DNA of 64,000 nt from an uncultured Desulfatitalea sp. (GTDB lineage: Bacteria > Desulfobacterota > Desulfobacteria > Desulfobacterales > Desulfosarcinaceae): positions 1,472,001 to 1,536,000 of the forward strand of contig CAXXMB010000001.1 in NCBI GenBank assembly GCA_963668675.2, in the 5' to 3' direction. Positions 1 through 9,749 of the stretch are shown here, in pieces (position 1 is the first letter of the stretch; each line of letters opens with the position of its first letter). A program made the position numbers and the translations under genes. The notes beneath the pieces are model-generated. The model did not search any database, had not been told where the DNA came from, and was given only the letters and a program-made list of their open reading frames with translations.

Positions 1-1
1 G

Positions 2-814
2 CTGCACAACTTAAGCTTCGTCGAAGATCCCACCCGGGTGTTCAGGGCAATCCGTTTTGAACAACGCTTTGACTTCACCATTGGCAAACTTACGGCCAGC
101 CTTATTGAAAATGCCGTCAAGATGGATTTTTTCGAACGGCTCAGCAGGCGGCGCGTATTTACGGAAATCCGCCTGATTCTGGAAGAAGAGAATCCGACCC
201 CGGCCCTTGTGCGGATGCAGGATTTCGGTCTGCTCACCGTGATCCATCCGACGATTGTACTCAACAAAGAGCTCGTTGAGTTGCTCAACGCAGTCAAACG
301 CGCCATTGCCTGGCACGACCTGCTCTTCACCGAAGAGCCCTATATGCGCTGGACGATCTTTTTCTTGGCCCTCCTTCGGTCATTTACCCCGGATGAATCA
401 CTTTCCATCTGCAAAAGGTTAGAACTGCCACCAAGGTATGAACGCCTTTTCTGTCAAGAGCGATTTGTTGCCCAGAACTGCTTGTACCAGATGGAGCTGC
501 AGCTCCCCGATAGCGATAGCAAACTGTACCACCTGTTAAGCGGTCTGAAGACAGAATTGATATTGTACATGATCGCCGCGACACGTATAAAATTGGTGAA
601 AAAAGCCATCTCGAAATACTATAACCGGCTGCGCAAAGTTGCACCGGCCATCGGAGGCAAAGAATTGATCGAAATGGGACTGCGCCCGGGTCCACTCTTC
701 CGCGAGGTACTGAACGAACTGCTGGATGCAAAACTCAACGGGTTGGTTGAGACCCGCCCCGATGAAATCGAATTTGCACAACGGTGGGTCAGCCACAAGA
801 CTAACTCGACGTAA
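2..814 (+). CDS. tRNA nucleotidyltransferase / poly(A) polymerase family, 3' part (5' truncated by window)
   Basis: Frame open from nt 2: LHNLSFVEDPTRVFRAIRFEQR (EDxxR templating motif); C-terminal GKELIEMGLRPGP..REVL tail typical of class II nucleotidyltransferases. Confidence 0.9.
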   Translation: MHNLSFVEDPTRVFRAIRFEQRFDFTIGKLTASLIENAVKMDFFERLSRRRVFTEIRLILEEENPTPALVRMQDFGLLTVIHPTIVLNKELVELLNAVKRAIAWHDLLFTEEPYMRWTIFFLALLRSFTPDESLSICKRLELPPRYERLFCQERFVAQNCLYQMELQLPDSDSKLYHLLSGLKTELILYMIAATRIKLVKKAISKYYNRLRKVAPAIGGKELIEMGLRPGPLFREVLNELLDAKLNGLVETRPDEIEFAQRWVSHKTNST

Positions 815-1017
815 AAGACCGTCGGTAATTTCAGGCTTCGAACAATTTTCTTGATTCTATCCCTCCGAATAAGTAAAAATCGGCACTTTATGGGTTCAAG
901 CCAACTCATATAACAATCCGGGTCAAAATGACCTTTGAACCGACTTGTAACGGCAAAATCGTCAGCCACGCGGGTTGTAGATTCCGGAACAAGAACTGTG
1001 CTGTGGAGACACCTTAA

Positions 1018-2010
1018 ATGACTGTAAAAAAAAGAATTTTGAGTGGTATGCGCCCTACGGGTGCCTTGCATCTGGGCAACTATCTGGGGGCACTGGCCAA
1101 CTGGGTCGAGATGCAGGATCAGTACGATTGCTTTTTCTTTGTGGCCGACTGGCACGCCTTGACGAGCGATTACGAAAATACAGAGGGATTGGAGACCTAT
1201 GTCCATGAAATCCTTCTGGATTGGCTGAGTGCTGGGCTGTCTCCTGAAAAAAGCACCCTTTTCATCCAATCCAAGATACCGGAACACGCGGAGCTCTATC
1301 TGATTCTCTCTATGATTACACCAGTACCGTGGCTCGAACGCAATCCTACCTATAAAGATCAGATCCTGCAGCTTCAGAACAAAGACCTGTCCACCTTCGG
1401 CTTCTTGGGGTATCCTGTACTACAAGCTGCAGATATTATTATGTATAAGGCACAAGGCGTTCCGGTAGGCATAGACCAAGTACCTCATGTCGAAATTACC
1501 CGGGAAATTTCACGCCGTTTCAATTTCCTATACGGTCCGGTATTTCCCGAGCCGGAGGAGATCCTAACCGATACACCCAAAATTTTGGGCATCGACCGCC
1601 GTAAAATGAGCAAGAGTTACGGTAATGCCATCTACCTCTCCGACACACCGGAACAGATTCGCACCAAAGCGATGCAGATGGTCACCGACCCCCAACGGGC
1701 AAAACGCAGCGATCCTGGCAATCCGGATGTTTGCAATGTGTATGAGTTTCACAAGCTCTATACGGATGCCGAAACCACGAGTCAAATCGACTCCCAATGC
1801 CGTAATGCTGAAATCGGCTGTGTCGAGTGTAAAAAAATCATGGCTGAAAATTTGGTCCAGGCACTGGCGCCGATCTATGAAAAACGCAAATACTATGAAG
1901 CGCATCCGAAACTGGTTACGGAGATCATGGATCAGGGAAGCCTTAAAGCAAGAGAGGTCGCCCGTAGCACCATGCAGGAAGTTCGTGAGACAATTAAGAT
2001 CAACTATTAA
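1018..2010 (+). CDS. trpS: Tryptophanyl-tRNA synthetase
   Basis: SGMRPTGALHLGNYLG (HIGH-like), YPVLQAADI, VPVGIDQ, KMSKS. Confidence 0.98.
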   Translation: MTVKKRILSGMRPTGALHLGNYLGALANWVEMQDQYDCFFFVADWHALTSDYENTEGLETYVHEILLDWLSAGLSPEKSTLFIQSKIPEHAELYLILSMITPVPWLERNPTYKDQILQLQNKDLSTFGFLGYPVLQAADIIMYKAQGVPVGIDQVPHVEITREISRRFNFLYGPVFPEPEEILTDTPKILGIDRRKMSKSYGNAIYLSDTPEQIRTKAMQMVTDPQRAKRSDPGNPDVCNVYEFHKLYTDAETTSQIDSQCRNAEIGCVECKKIMAENLVQALAPIYEKRKYYEAHPKLVTEIMDQGSLKAREVARSTMQEVRETIKINY

Positions 2011-2089
2011 CATTGCAAACGGCAAAACGTTTTGTACAAATAGTCTAAATCGGGCATTGATTTGGCTATCCTCAATTTAGGTCTATACA

Positions 2090-2821
2090 ATGGATCGAAA
2101 CGAACCGACCACAGCTGAAGATGACTACAAGGTAAAACTCGAAGACATATTCGAGGGACCCATGGATCTTCTGGTCCACTTGATCAGAAAACACAAAGTG
2201 GATATTTACGATATTCCCGTTGCCCTGATCACTGAGCAGTACCTGGCCTACCTTGAGTGGATGAAGCTATTAAATATAGACAATGTTGGTGATTTTCTGG
2301 TCATGGCCTCGACACTGGCTCAGATCAAATCACGCATGCTACTTCCCTCCCATGGCGATGAAGAGGATGAGGAGGATCCACGATTGGAGGTTGTACGTCC
2401 CCTAGCGGAATACCTGCAAATCAAATCGGCAGCCGAAGAGCTGGCCAATCGTAACATGCTGGGAGACAAAATCTTTACGCGACACGCCAAATCCATGGAT
2501 TTTCTGAAGGATGATCAGGAGCTCGTCCAGGTCGGCCTCTTCGAGCTTATCGACGCTTTCCAGCGGATTCTACAGAAGGTGTCCAAGGAGCACACGGTTG
2601 ACCTCTCGGCAGACACGGTATCGGTAAAGGACCGCATGAATGCCATTATCGATGAGTTGGAAAAGAGAGGCTCCATCGCCTTTCTGGAAATGTTTCCTGA
2701 AAATCCCCAGAGAATGGATATTATCGTCACCTTTCTGGCACTGCTGGAGTTGATGAAGTTGAACCTGGCAAGGGTCGCCCAACACACACAAAGCGGTACG
2801 ATTCGAATCTTCTATCAATAA
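2090..2821 (+). CDS. scpA: Segregation and condensation protein A
   Basis: FEGPMDLLVHLI, IYDIP, FLALLELMK; adjacent to scpB. Confidence 0.95.
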   Translation: MDRNEPTTAEDDYKVKLEDIFEGPMDLLVHLIRKHKVDIYDIPVALITEQYLAYLEWMKLLNIDNVGDFLVMASTLAQIKSRMLLPSHGDEEDEEDPRLEVVRPLAEYLQIKSAAEELANRNMLGDKIFTRHAKSMDFLKDDQELVQVGLFELIDAFQRILQKVSKEHTVDLSADTVSVKDRMNAIIDELEKRGSIAFLEMFPENPQRMDIIVTFLALLELMKLNLARVAQHTQSGTIRIFYQ

Positions 2822-2831
2822 CAGATCCAAT

Positions 2832-3713
2832 ATGGAAAACATAAAACATATCATCGAAAGCCTGTTGTTTGTCGCCGAAGATCCGCTGACCATCGAGAAG
2901 CTGCGTGCTATTATGGAAACGGTCGATGCCAAGGAGATTCGCGAGGCACTGCAAACGCTGTCGCAAGAGTATGATGAGCGTGGCGGCGGTTTTTTGCTGA
3001 GCGAAGTGGCCGGCGGCTGGCAAATACGCTCCCGTCCCGAATACCATGAGTGGATCAAAAGGATGCTGCAACCCTCTCCGCAGCGGCTGAGCAAAGCCGC
3101 CTTGGAGACCCTGGCGATCATCGCTTACAAGCAGCCGATCATTCGAGCGGACATCGAATTCATCCGGGGGGTGGATTGTGGCGGTGTATTGCGGCAACTC
3201 ATGGAGCGCAAACTGATTCGCGTACTGGGACGAAAAGAGATTGCGGGACGCCCTCTCATCTATGCCACCACCAAGCTTTTCCTGGAGATGTTTGATCTTA
3301 AGAGCCTGAACGATCTGCCCACCCCCGCAGAGCTTGCCGAATTCGGTGCCAGCCTGGATATCCCGCCCACAGAAGCTGTCCCGGAAGAACCCCCTGCTTC
3401 TGAAATGCAAGAAGCGGCTGAAACAGTGTTGCCCGAAACAGGTGAAACGTCTCAGCCTGCCGAAGGGAAAAAGGAAGAATTCGAAAATGGGTTAGAGCCG
3501 CTGCCTGAGGAATCCGGCTCAGACCAATTGCCCCCCGACGAATCGGACGCTTCTTCGCAAATGCTCCAAGCGGATGAGGCTACGCCAACGGACGATCAAG
3601 AAGAAATAGCACCGCCCGAAGCGCATCGAATTGAGAAAAAGAATGCCTCTTCATCGGATCCGCACGACGATTCTCTTCGAAACAATGATTCGGAAGAAAC
3701 AGAAAACACTTGA
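2832..3713 (+). CDS. scpB: SMC-Scp complex subunit ScpB with long acidic C-terminal tail
   Basis: IESLLFV, LSKAALETLAIIAYKQP, IRGVD, GRPLIYATT..FL..F.L..L.DLP. Confidence 0.95.
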   Translation: MENIKHIIESLLFVAEDPLTIEKLRAIMETVDAKEIREALQTLSQEYDERGGGFLLSEVAGGWQIRSRPEYHEWIKRMLQPSPQRLSKAALETLAIIAYKQPIIRADIEFIRGVDCGGVLRQLMERKLIRVLGRKEIAGRPLIYATTKLFLEMFDLKSLNDLPTPAELAEFGASLDIPPTEAVPEEPPASEMQEAAETVLPETGETSQPAEGKKEEFENGLEPLPEESGSDQLPPDESDASSQMLQADEATPTDDQEEIAPPEAHRIEKKNASSSDPHDDSLRNNDSEETENT

Positions 3714-3739
3714 CTTGAAAGAGCCGAAACCCTTATAAA
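3710..3739 (+). promoter_or_regulatory. Putative sigma70 promoter for tRNA-Val/cob cluster
   Basis: TTGACT (3710-3715), 18 nt spacer, TATAAA (3734-3739), about 57 nt upstream of the tRNA. Confidence 0.5.
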
Positions 3740-3796
3740 CTGCGAGTGTTGCGCTGGCTGCAAATAGAAGGCATTGCGGTCTGCACCTGAAAATTC

Positions 3797-3871
3797 GGGC
3801 GGTTAACTCAGTGGGAGAGTGCCACCTTCACACGGTGGAAGTCACTGGTTCAAATCCAGTACCGCCTACCA
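3797..3871 (+). tRNA. tRNA-Val (anticodon CAC)
   Basis: Cloverleaf: acceptor GGGCGGT/ACCGCCT, anticodon arm CCACC-TTCACAC-GGTGG (CAC 3829-3831), T arm ACTGG-TTCAAAT-CCAGT, encoded 3' CCA. Confidence 0.97.
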
Positions 3872-3930
3872 GCTCATCCCGGGCCAATATGCGATCAGCT
3901 TATCGGCCCTTTTTATTTAGGGATATTGAA

Positions 3931-4455
3931 ATGCACGCGACCACACTCATCACCGGTGGCTGTAAAAGCGGAAAGAGCAATCACGCCCTGAAGCTGGCAG
4001 CGGATATGCATAGGCAACCGCAGACCTTTGTCGCGACCTGCACTCCCCAGGATGAGGAGATGCGGCAGCGCGTCCAGCGTCATCAGCAAGAGCGCGGTGC
4101 AGAGTGGAACACCCTGGAGGTACCGGTCAAATTGGCCGAAGCGCTCACTCGACACGGCAAGAAAGCAGGCGTCATGCTTGTGGATTGCCTGACCCTATGG
4201 ATCAGCAATATGATGATGGAGGATGCGGATGACCAGACCGTTCAGCAAATGTGCAAAGAGGTCTGCAACGTTTTAATCGCCCCGCCCTGCCCGATTATTC
4301 TGGTCAGCAACGAAGTGGGCACCGGGATCGTACCGGAGAACCCGTTGGCCCGCCGCTACAGGGATCTGGCCGGTTGGACCAATCAGCAAATCGCCGCCGC
4401 CTGCCAAAGTGTCATATGGATGGTCGCCGGCATACCTGTAACCATCAAATCCTGA
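3931..4455 (+). CDS. cobU: Adenosylcobinamide kinase / cobinamide-phosphate guanylyltransferase
   Basis: LITGGCKSGKS, DEEMRQRV..H...R, VDCLTLW, VSNEVG.G.VP; start moved to ATG 3931 because the track start lies inside the tRNA. Confidence 0.95.
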   Translation: MHATTLITGGCKSGKSNHALKLAADMHRQPQTFVATCTPQDEEMRQRVQRHQQERGAEWNTLEVPVKLAEALTRHGKKAGVMLVDCLTLWISNMMMEDADDQTVQQMCKEVCNVLIAPPCPIILVSNEVGTGIVPENPLARRYRDLAGWTNQQIAAACQSVIWMVAGIPVTIKS

Positions 4456-4497
4456 CCGATCGGAAATGCGGGTCAGAGAGCGGATTTTGTCAATCCC

Positions 4498-5247
4498 ATG
4501 TGGCGTAGCCTGATTTCAGCGATGCAGTTCCTGACCATCATCCCATTGGGATCGTCCCAACGCTTTGAAGCGCACAAGGCTCTTCCCCTCTTCCCGATCT
4601 GTGGTGTGATCATTGGCGGTATGCTCGCTGCGGTTGACTATCTGGGCGCCTTACTATGGCCCTACCAGGCAGTGGCGGTGGTAGACGTGGTTTTTCTTGC
4701 GGTCATTACCGGGGCCCTGCATCTGGATGGTTTGGCCGATACGGCAGATGGCCTCTATGGCCAGCACACAACCGAACGGGCCCTTGATATCATGAAAGAC
4801 AGCCGTATTGGCGCCATGGGCCTGGTGGCCGTCGTGTGCTGTCTGGCTATAAAATGGGCAGGCCTGTCTTCATTTCAAACAGAGGTGCACCCCCTTCGCC
4901 CCTTATGGCTCTGCTTGGTTCCGGCCCTGTCACGATCCACTATCATATTCGCGGTACGCCTGCTGCCCTATGGTCGACCGAATGGAGGGACCGGCAGTCC
5001 TTTTTTCCAATACCCCTTGCGACACATCGATTATTGGCCCTTGGGGCTTCTGGCGATCATCATACTGGCGATGGATGCATGGGCTGCCGTGTGGATTGGC
5101 ATTGGCCTTGCTTCACTGACCGCGGCACTTCTGCTGTACTATCGCATCAAAATCAACTGCATCACCGGTGATATGCTGGGCGCCATGATAGAGGTGACTG
5201 AATCCGGCCTCTTTTTACTGCTGGCCGCCTCCGGCCGTTTTTTGTAG
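4498..5247 (+). CDS. cobS: Adenosylcobinamide-GDP ribazoletransferase (cobalamin synthase)
   Basis: FLT.IP, TGALHLDGLADTADG, IMKDSRIGAMG, TGDMLGA..E; multi-TM. Confidence 0.95.
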   Translation: MWRSLISAMQFLTIIPLGSSQRFEAHKALPLFPICGVIIGGMLAAVDYLGALLWPYQAVAVVDVVFLAVITGALHLDGLADTADGLYGQHTTERALDIMKDSRIGAMGLVAVVCCLAIKWAGLSSFQTEVHPLRPLWLCLVPALSRSTIIFAVRLLPYGRPNGGTGSPFFQYPLRHIDYWPLGLLAIIILAMDAWAAVWIGIGLASLTAALLLYYRIKINCITGDMLGAMIEVTESGLFLLLAASGRFL

Positions 5248-5313
5248 CGATCTGAAAAAAGCAACAGAAGCGACAAACTGCCTAACGCGCTGACACACAC
5301 AAGAACAGGGACC

Positions 5314-6165
5314 ATGGAATCCGATACCCCCCTCACCTTTCCGGCACTTCCCCAGTCGTTCAAAAAACGCTTTCCATTCCGTCTAAGCGTGCCTTCATTT
5401 ATCTATCCGGCCAACTATATCGACAATGCACGGATGCTGGCGCCCTTCATCGATGAGATCGAACTGCTGCTGTTTGAGAGCCACGAAAGCCATCTACCGC
5501 AAGCATCGGAAATCGATCAATTGGCCTCCATGGCCGTCGACCAGGAGATCTCTTACAATGTGCATCTACCCATCGATCTATACTTGGCAAGCGTCGACAA
5601 CCATTCGCGCCAAAAGGCTGTCGACCGTTTGACAACAGCCATAGACCGGGTGCGTCCTCTCTCACCGACCACCTACACGTTGCATCTCCCATACAATGAA
5701 GCCGATACCCGTCCCGAAACCGTTGACAAATGGGCGGGGCGCAACCGTGAATGCCTTGATGAGATCCTGGCTGCAAGCAAAGTGCATCCCGGGCAGATCT
5801 CGATAGAGACCCTGGAGTACCCCCCTTTCTGGTTCGAAACAGTGGTCGCTGCGCTCGGACTTGCCGTATGCATCGACATCGGCCATATCATGCGTTATGG
5901 ATACAACCTTGAAGAGGTCTGGCGCATCTTTGCCAATCGAACGACGATGATCCATCTGCACGGTGTTTATCAGGGCCAGGACCACCTTGCCCTGGCTCAA
6001 ATGCCAACCGAAGGGAGAGCATTGATCAAGAGATGTTTGGGCAGCTACAGCGGTGCGCTCTCATTAGAGGTCTTCTCATTTGAACGCCTCAACGCGTCAC
6101 TGCCCTGCCTGGCCCAGATATTCCCGCCCGATTCGGCAGCAGACATTTCAGGAAAAAAGGGGTGA
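5314..6165 (+). CDS. cbiR: AP-endonuclease-2/xylose-isomerase-type TIM-barrel metalloenzyme, probable cobamide remodeling phosphodiesterase
   Basis: PSFIYP, DEIELLLFES, VHLP, IETL, CIDIGH, IHLHG, QDH, LEVF metal-ligand pattern; directly after cobU-cobS. Confidence 0.75.
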   Translation: MESDTPLTFPALPQSFKKRFPFRLSVPSFIYPANYIDNARMLAPFIDEIELLLFESHESHLPQASEIDQLASMAVDQEISYNVHLPIDLYLASVDNHSRQKAVDRLTTAIDRVRPLSPTTYTLHLPYNEADTRPETVDKWAGRNRECLDEILAASKVHPGQISIETLEYPPFWFETVVAALGLAVCIDIGHIMRYGYNLEEVWRIFANRTTMIHLHGVYQGQDHLALAQMPTEGRALIKRCLGSYSGALSLEVFSFERLNASLPCLAQIFPPDSAADISGKKG

Positions 6166-7404
6166 TTGGCCGATTTTATGAATGAGAACGCTCCCAAACA
6201 AAGAGTAGAGCTCCTTGCACCGGCCGGTAACATGGAGAAGTTGGAGGTGGTGCTGCACTATGGCGCCGATGCGGTCTACCTGGCCGGCAAACAGTTCAGC
6301 CTCCGCAACTTCTCAGCCAACTTTACACGAGCAGAGATTAAAGATGCCCTCGATATGGTGCACGACCACGGCGCCAAGGCCTATATCGCCGTCAACATAT
6401 TCGCACGCAACGAAGACCTCGCTGCCGTCGAACACTTTTTGCGCGAACTGGCACCCCTGGATATCGACGGACTCATCGCCGCTGACCCGGCCATAGTGAC
6501 CCTCTCTCGACGCATGATGCCCCGGATAGATATCCATCTCAGTACCCAGGCCAACACCACCAATTTGGCCGCCGCCCAATTCTGGCAGTCCCAGGGGGTG
6601 CGCCGCATCAATCTGGCCCGGGAACTCTCCCTGGTGGAAGTGAAAGAGATCGTCAACTCCTGCCCGGAAGTTGAGTTCGAAACCTTCGTACACGGCGCCA
6701 TGTGCATCTCTTATTCAGGACGCTGCCTGCTGAGCAACTTCCTGGCCGACCGACCGAGTAACCAAGGCAAGTGCTGTCAGCCCTGCCGGTTTAAATATGC
6801 CGTGGTAGAGGAGAAGCGCCCGGGACAATACTATCCCGTTTCAGAAGATGAAAAAGGCACCTACATCTTCAACTCAAGAGATCTATGCATGATCGCCCAC
6901 CTTCCGGATCTGATCCAAAGCGGCGTCCGTTCCTTGAAAATCGAGGGACGCATGAAGAGCATCCATTATGCTGCCACAACCGTTAAGATTTACCGCGAAG
7001 CCATCGACGCCTATTACGACGATCCGTCTCACTTCCGTCCATTGCCCCACTGGCAGCAGGAGCTGGACAAAGTTACCGGACGTGGATACTGCACCGGATT
7101 CTACCGGGAGGACCCCGATCAGACTGCCCCCTGCTACCATGCGCCGACCCCATCCGCCCACACCTTAGCCGCAAAAGTGTTGGCGGGCACCGGCCGGTTC
7201 ACAGCTCTGGTTGACGTACGCAATCAGCTTCGAACGGGGGATAACATAGAGATCATGCAGACCGAAGGGCCTGCGATCGACGACACCATCAAAAAAATCT
7301 TCGATGTCCACGGGGATGAAGTTCAAATCGCCCAGCCAGGCAGCCAGGTCACCCTCCAGCTCACCTCCACTCAATGTCGCCACCTAGACATTATCAGGCG
7401 CTAA
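6166..7404 (+). CDS. U32 family protein (TrhP/YegQ-like, Fe-S)
   Basis: ELLAPAG, GADAVY, HLSTQAN, LARELS, FVHGAMCISYSGRCLLS, CCQPCR, SLKIEGRMKS; alternative start ATG 6178. Confidence 0.9.
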   Translation: MADFMNENAPKQRVELLAPAGNMEKLEVVLHYGADAVYLAGKQFSLRNFSANFTRAEIKDALDMVHDHGAKAYIAVNIFARNEDLAAVEHFLRELAPLDIDGLIAADPAIVTLSRRMMPRIDIHLSTQANTTNLAAAQFWQSQGVRRINLARELSLVEVKEIVNSCPEVEFETFVHGAMCISYSGRCLLSNFLADRPSNQGKCCQPCRFKYAVVEEKRPGQYYPVSEDEKGTYIFNSRDLCMIAHLPDLIQSGVRSLKIEGRMKSIHYAATTVKIYREAIDAYYDDPSHFRPLPHWQQELDKVTGRGYCTGFYREDPDQTAPCYHAPTPSAHTLAAKVLAGTGRFTALVDVRNQLRTGDNIEIMQTEGPAIDDTIKKIFDVHGDEVQIAQPGSQVTLQLTSTQCRHLDIIRR

Positions 7405-7429
7405 ACGGTGGGGGGAGACAGGGGTGGAT

Positions 7430-7693
7430 CTAATCTGTTTTTGAGGATAGAAGGGTCTTGGCTGTTTTCAGCGTGTGGTTGATCTGCTGGGTCAGATCGA
7501 TCACATTTTCCAGCAGGGCAGCCACCTCTTCGAACTGGTGGGTGCGGAATTCAGAAGCCCACTTTTGGTAACTGAGAGCGTGTTCTTCATTATGATGCAG
7601 CCAATGGTGCAGCAATTTTTCGCCCTTTTCCCTGAAACTGAGCGTCGTGCCGGCCTCTTGATGTGAATGGTGGTCGTGTGTATGGTGGCTCAT
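7430..7693 (-). CDS. Small His-rich helical protein, putative Ni/Co-binding
   Basis: MSHHTHDHHSH N-terminus; LLHHWLHHNEEH motif; RBS GGGAGAG upstream. Confidence 0.75.
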   Translation of the reverse strand: MSHHTHDHHSHQEAGTTLSFREKGEKLLHHWLHHNEEHALSYQKWASEFRTHQFEEVAALLENVIDLTQQINHTLKTAKTLLSSKTD

Positions 7694-7770
7694 ATAATGT
7701 GCTCTCCCTTTGCATTGTATGGAATCAAACTATGGACACTCACTACCTTCATAGGCCATAATAGTCAATC

Positions 7771-9735
7771 ATGTCCCATCGCCCCGAACAGATAGTTGGC
7801 AAAAAGCGCAAACGCGGTAAGGGTTTACTGTGGGCAGCCGTATTGATCGGAGTCGCCTGCGGCGTCATAGCTGGAGTGCTGCTGTCGCTCATCCGCGACC
7901 TACCCCAAATCCAATCGTTGGAGGAGTTCAAACCATCAGCCATTACGAGGGTCTACTCTTCCGACCAAGTCCTGCTTGCCGAACTCTTCATCGAAAGAAG
8001 AGATCCCGTTCCACTCGAACAGATACCCGCTTTCCTGAAAACAGCTTTACTGACCACCGAAGACCGAAAATTCTATCGGCATAGCGGAATTGATATTAAA
8101 GGTATTCTTAGAGCGGCTTATAAGAACATCGTTCGCAGGCGCTTCTCCGAAGGTGCCAGCACCTTGACCCAGCAGCTGGCCAAAACCCTTTTTCTAACAC
8201 CGCGAAAGACCTTTGATCGTAAACTAAAAGAAGCAGCTCTCTCACTGCAACTTGAGCGTCGCTATACCAAAGACGAAATCCTGAAACTCTATCTGAACCA
8301 GATCTACTTCGGCAGCGGTGCCTATGGTGTGGCCTCGGCCGCCAAAATTTACTTCAACAAACCGATACAGGAATTGAAACTGGCCGAGTGCGCCCTCATC
8401 GCAGGCCTGCCAAAGGCACCGTCCCGCTATTCACCGCTCGTCAACCCGGAGTTGGCCGTTCGCCGGCGCAATATCGTCCTCAGGCAGATGCTTACGACCG
8501 AAACGATTGATGAAGCCTCCTACGAGCAGGCAGTGGCATCACCTTTCATTGAACCGAAAAAAAAAGATGCTCATGCCAAAGCGCCCTACTTTGTCAAATA
8601 CGTCAAGAACGCATTGGAAGATCAGCTTGGGGAAAACCTGGTCTACAAAGGTGGGCTGACGGTCTACACCACCCTTGCGGATCGCAAACAGACAGCCGCC
8701 GAGGACGCCGTTGCCGCGGGTTTAGAAAAACTAGGCATCAGGATGCAGCACAACGGACTGCCGGAAGCGGAGCCCCAGGCGGCCCTGGTGGCATTGGATG
8801 TCATCACAGGTGGCATAGTCTCCATGGTCGGAGGGCGGACCGGTGTTGAGGACAGTTTCAACCGGGCGGTTTCCGCCACCCGACAGCCGGGCTCCGCATT
8901 TAAACCCATAGTCTACGCCCTGGCCATCGAACGCGGTTTCCGCCAGGATCAATTGCTACTTGATGCCCCGGTCGTCTTCCACAACGCCTATCAGCAAACC
9001 GATTGGCAGCCTGAAAATTTTTCCAAAAGCTACACCGGCGAGGTCACAATGCGTTGGGCCTTGACCCACTCGAAAAACATACCGGCCGTCAGGCTCATTG
9101 AAAAAATAGGTCCCAGTTCGGTGGTTCAGTTCGCCCATACGTTGGGTATTTCCACCGACCTACAGCCCAACCTGTCGCTGGCCCTGGGAACCTCGGAAAC
9201 CAAACTGCTTGAGTTGACCGCCGCTTACAGCGCTTTCGCCAATAACGGAAAATACATCCGACCCTACGCTATAGTGGAAATCCGCGATGATGAGGGACGC
9301 ACAATCTGGAGGGCCAGACCCGAAGAACGCATTGTCATCTCGAGATCATCCGCAGCGATCGTCACCGACATGTTGACGGGCGTAATGAAGGAGGGCACCG
9401 GACGCAGCGTCAGGAACCTTTACGGTCCTATGGCTGGAAAAACGGGTACGACCAACGAATACCGGGATGCGCTGTTCATCGGCTACTCTCCGACTATCAC
9501 CGCCGGTGTTTGGGTGGGTAATGACGATGCATCGCCCCTCGGTCCCAATGAAACCGGTGCACGAGCGGCGCTGCCCATATGGCAGGATTTCATGCAAGGT
9601 GCCCTGAACGAAGAGACACCATCCTATTTCGATATTCCGGACAACACCACCTACATCTACATCGATCCCAAAAGCGGCCGGGAGGCTCCGCCGACTGTTG
9701 GCATTGCAGTAAAGGCGCTGGTAAAAAAACCTTAA
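7771..9735 (+). CDS. Class A penicillin-binding protein (PBP1A family)
   Basis: N-terminal TM; EDRKFY.H.G, GASTLTQQLAK, RKLKE; transpeptidase QPGSAFKP, SKN, GKTGT. Confidence 0.95.
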   Translation: MSHRPEQIVGKKRKRGKGLLWAAVLIGVACGVIAGVLLSLIRDLPQIQSLEEFKPSAITRVYSSDQVLLAELFIERRDPVPLEQIPAFLKTALLTTEDRKFYRHSGIDIKGILRAAYKNIVRRRFSEGASTLTQQLAKTLFLTPRKTFDRKLKEAALSLQLERRYTKDEILKLYLNQIYFGSGAYGVASAAKIYFNKPIQELKLAECALIAGLPKAPSRYSPLVNPELAVRRRNIVLRQMLTTETIDEASYEQAVASPFIEPKKKDAHAKAPYFVKYVKNALEDQLGENLVYKGGLTVYTTLADRKQTAAEDAVAAGLEKLGIRMQHNGLPEAEPQAALVALDVITGGIVSMVGGRTGVEDSFNRAVSATRQPGSAFKPIVYALAIERGFRQDQLLLDAPVVFHNAYQQTDWQPENFSKSYTGEVTMRWALTHSKNIPAVRLIEKIGPSSVVQFAHTLGISTDLQPNLSLALGTSETKLLELTAAYSAFANNGKYIRPYAIVEIRDDEGRTIWRARPEERIVISRSSAAIVTDMLTGVMKEGTGRSVRNLYGPMAGKTGTTNEYRDALFIGYSPTITAGVWVGNDDASPLGPNETGARAALPIWQDFMQGALNEETPSYFDIPDNTTYIYIDPKSGREAPPTVGIAVKALVKKP

Positions 9736-9749
9736 GAAGAGAGGCGGAA

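Noticed and set aside
815..1017. Possible T-box leader for trpS
   Set aside because: No GGTGGnACCGCG T-box or terminator/antiterminator visible
3811..3930. Track N-terminal extension of cobU (MGECHLHTVEVTGSNPVPPT...)
   Set aside because: It is a translation of the tRNA-Val gene; the real start is ATG 3931
3872..3930. tRNA 3' end as an integration site
   Set aside because: No integrase and no duplicated tRNA 3' fragment seen; flanks are housekeeping genes
7717..7739. GTATGG...GGACAC as a NikR site before the His-rich gene
   Set aside because: Arms and spacing fit known NikR dyads poorly
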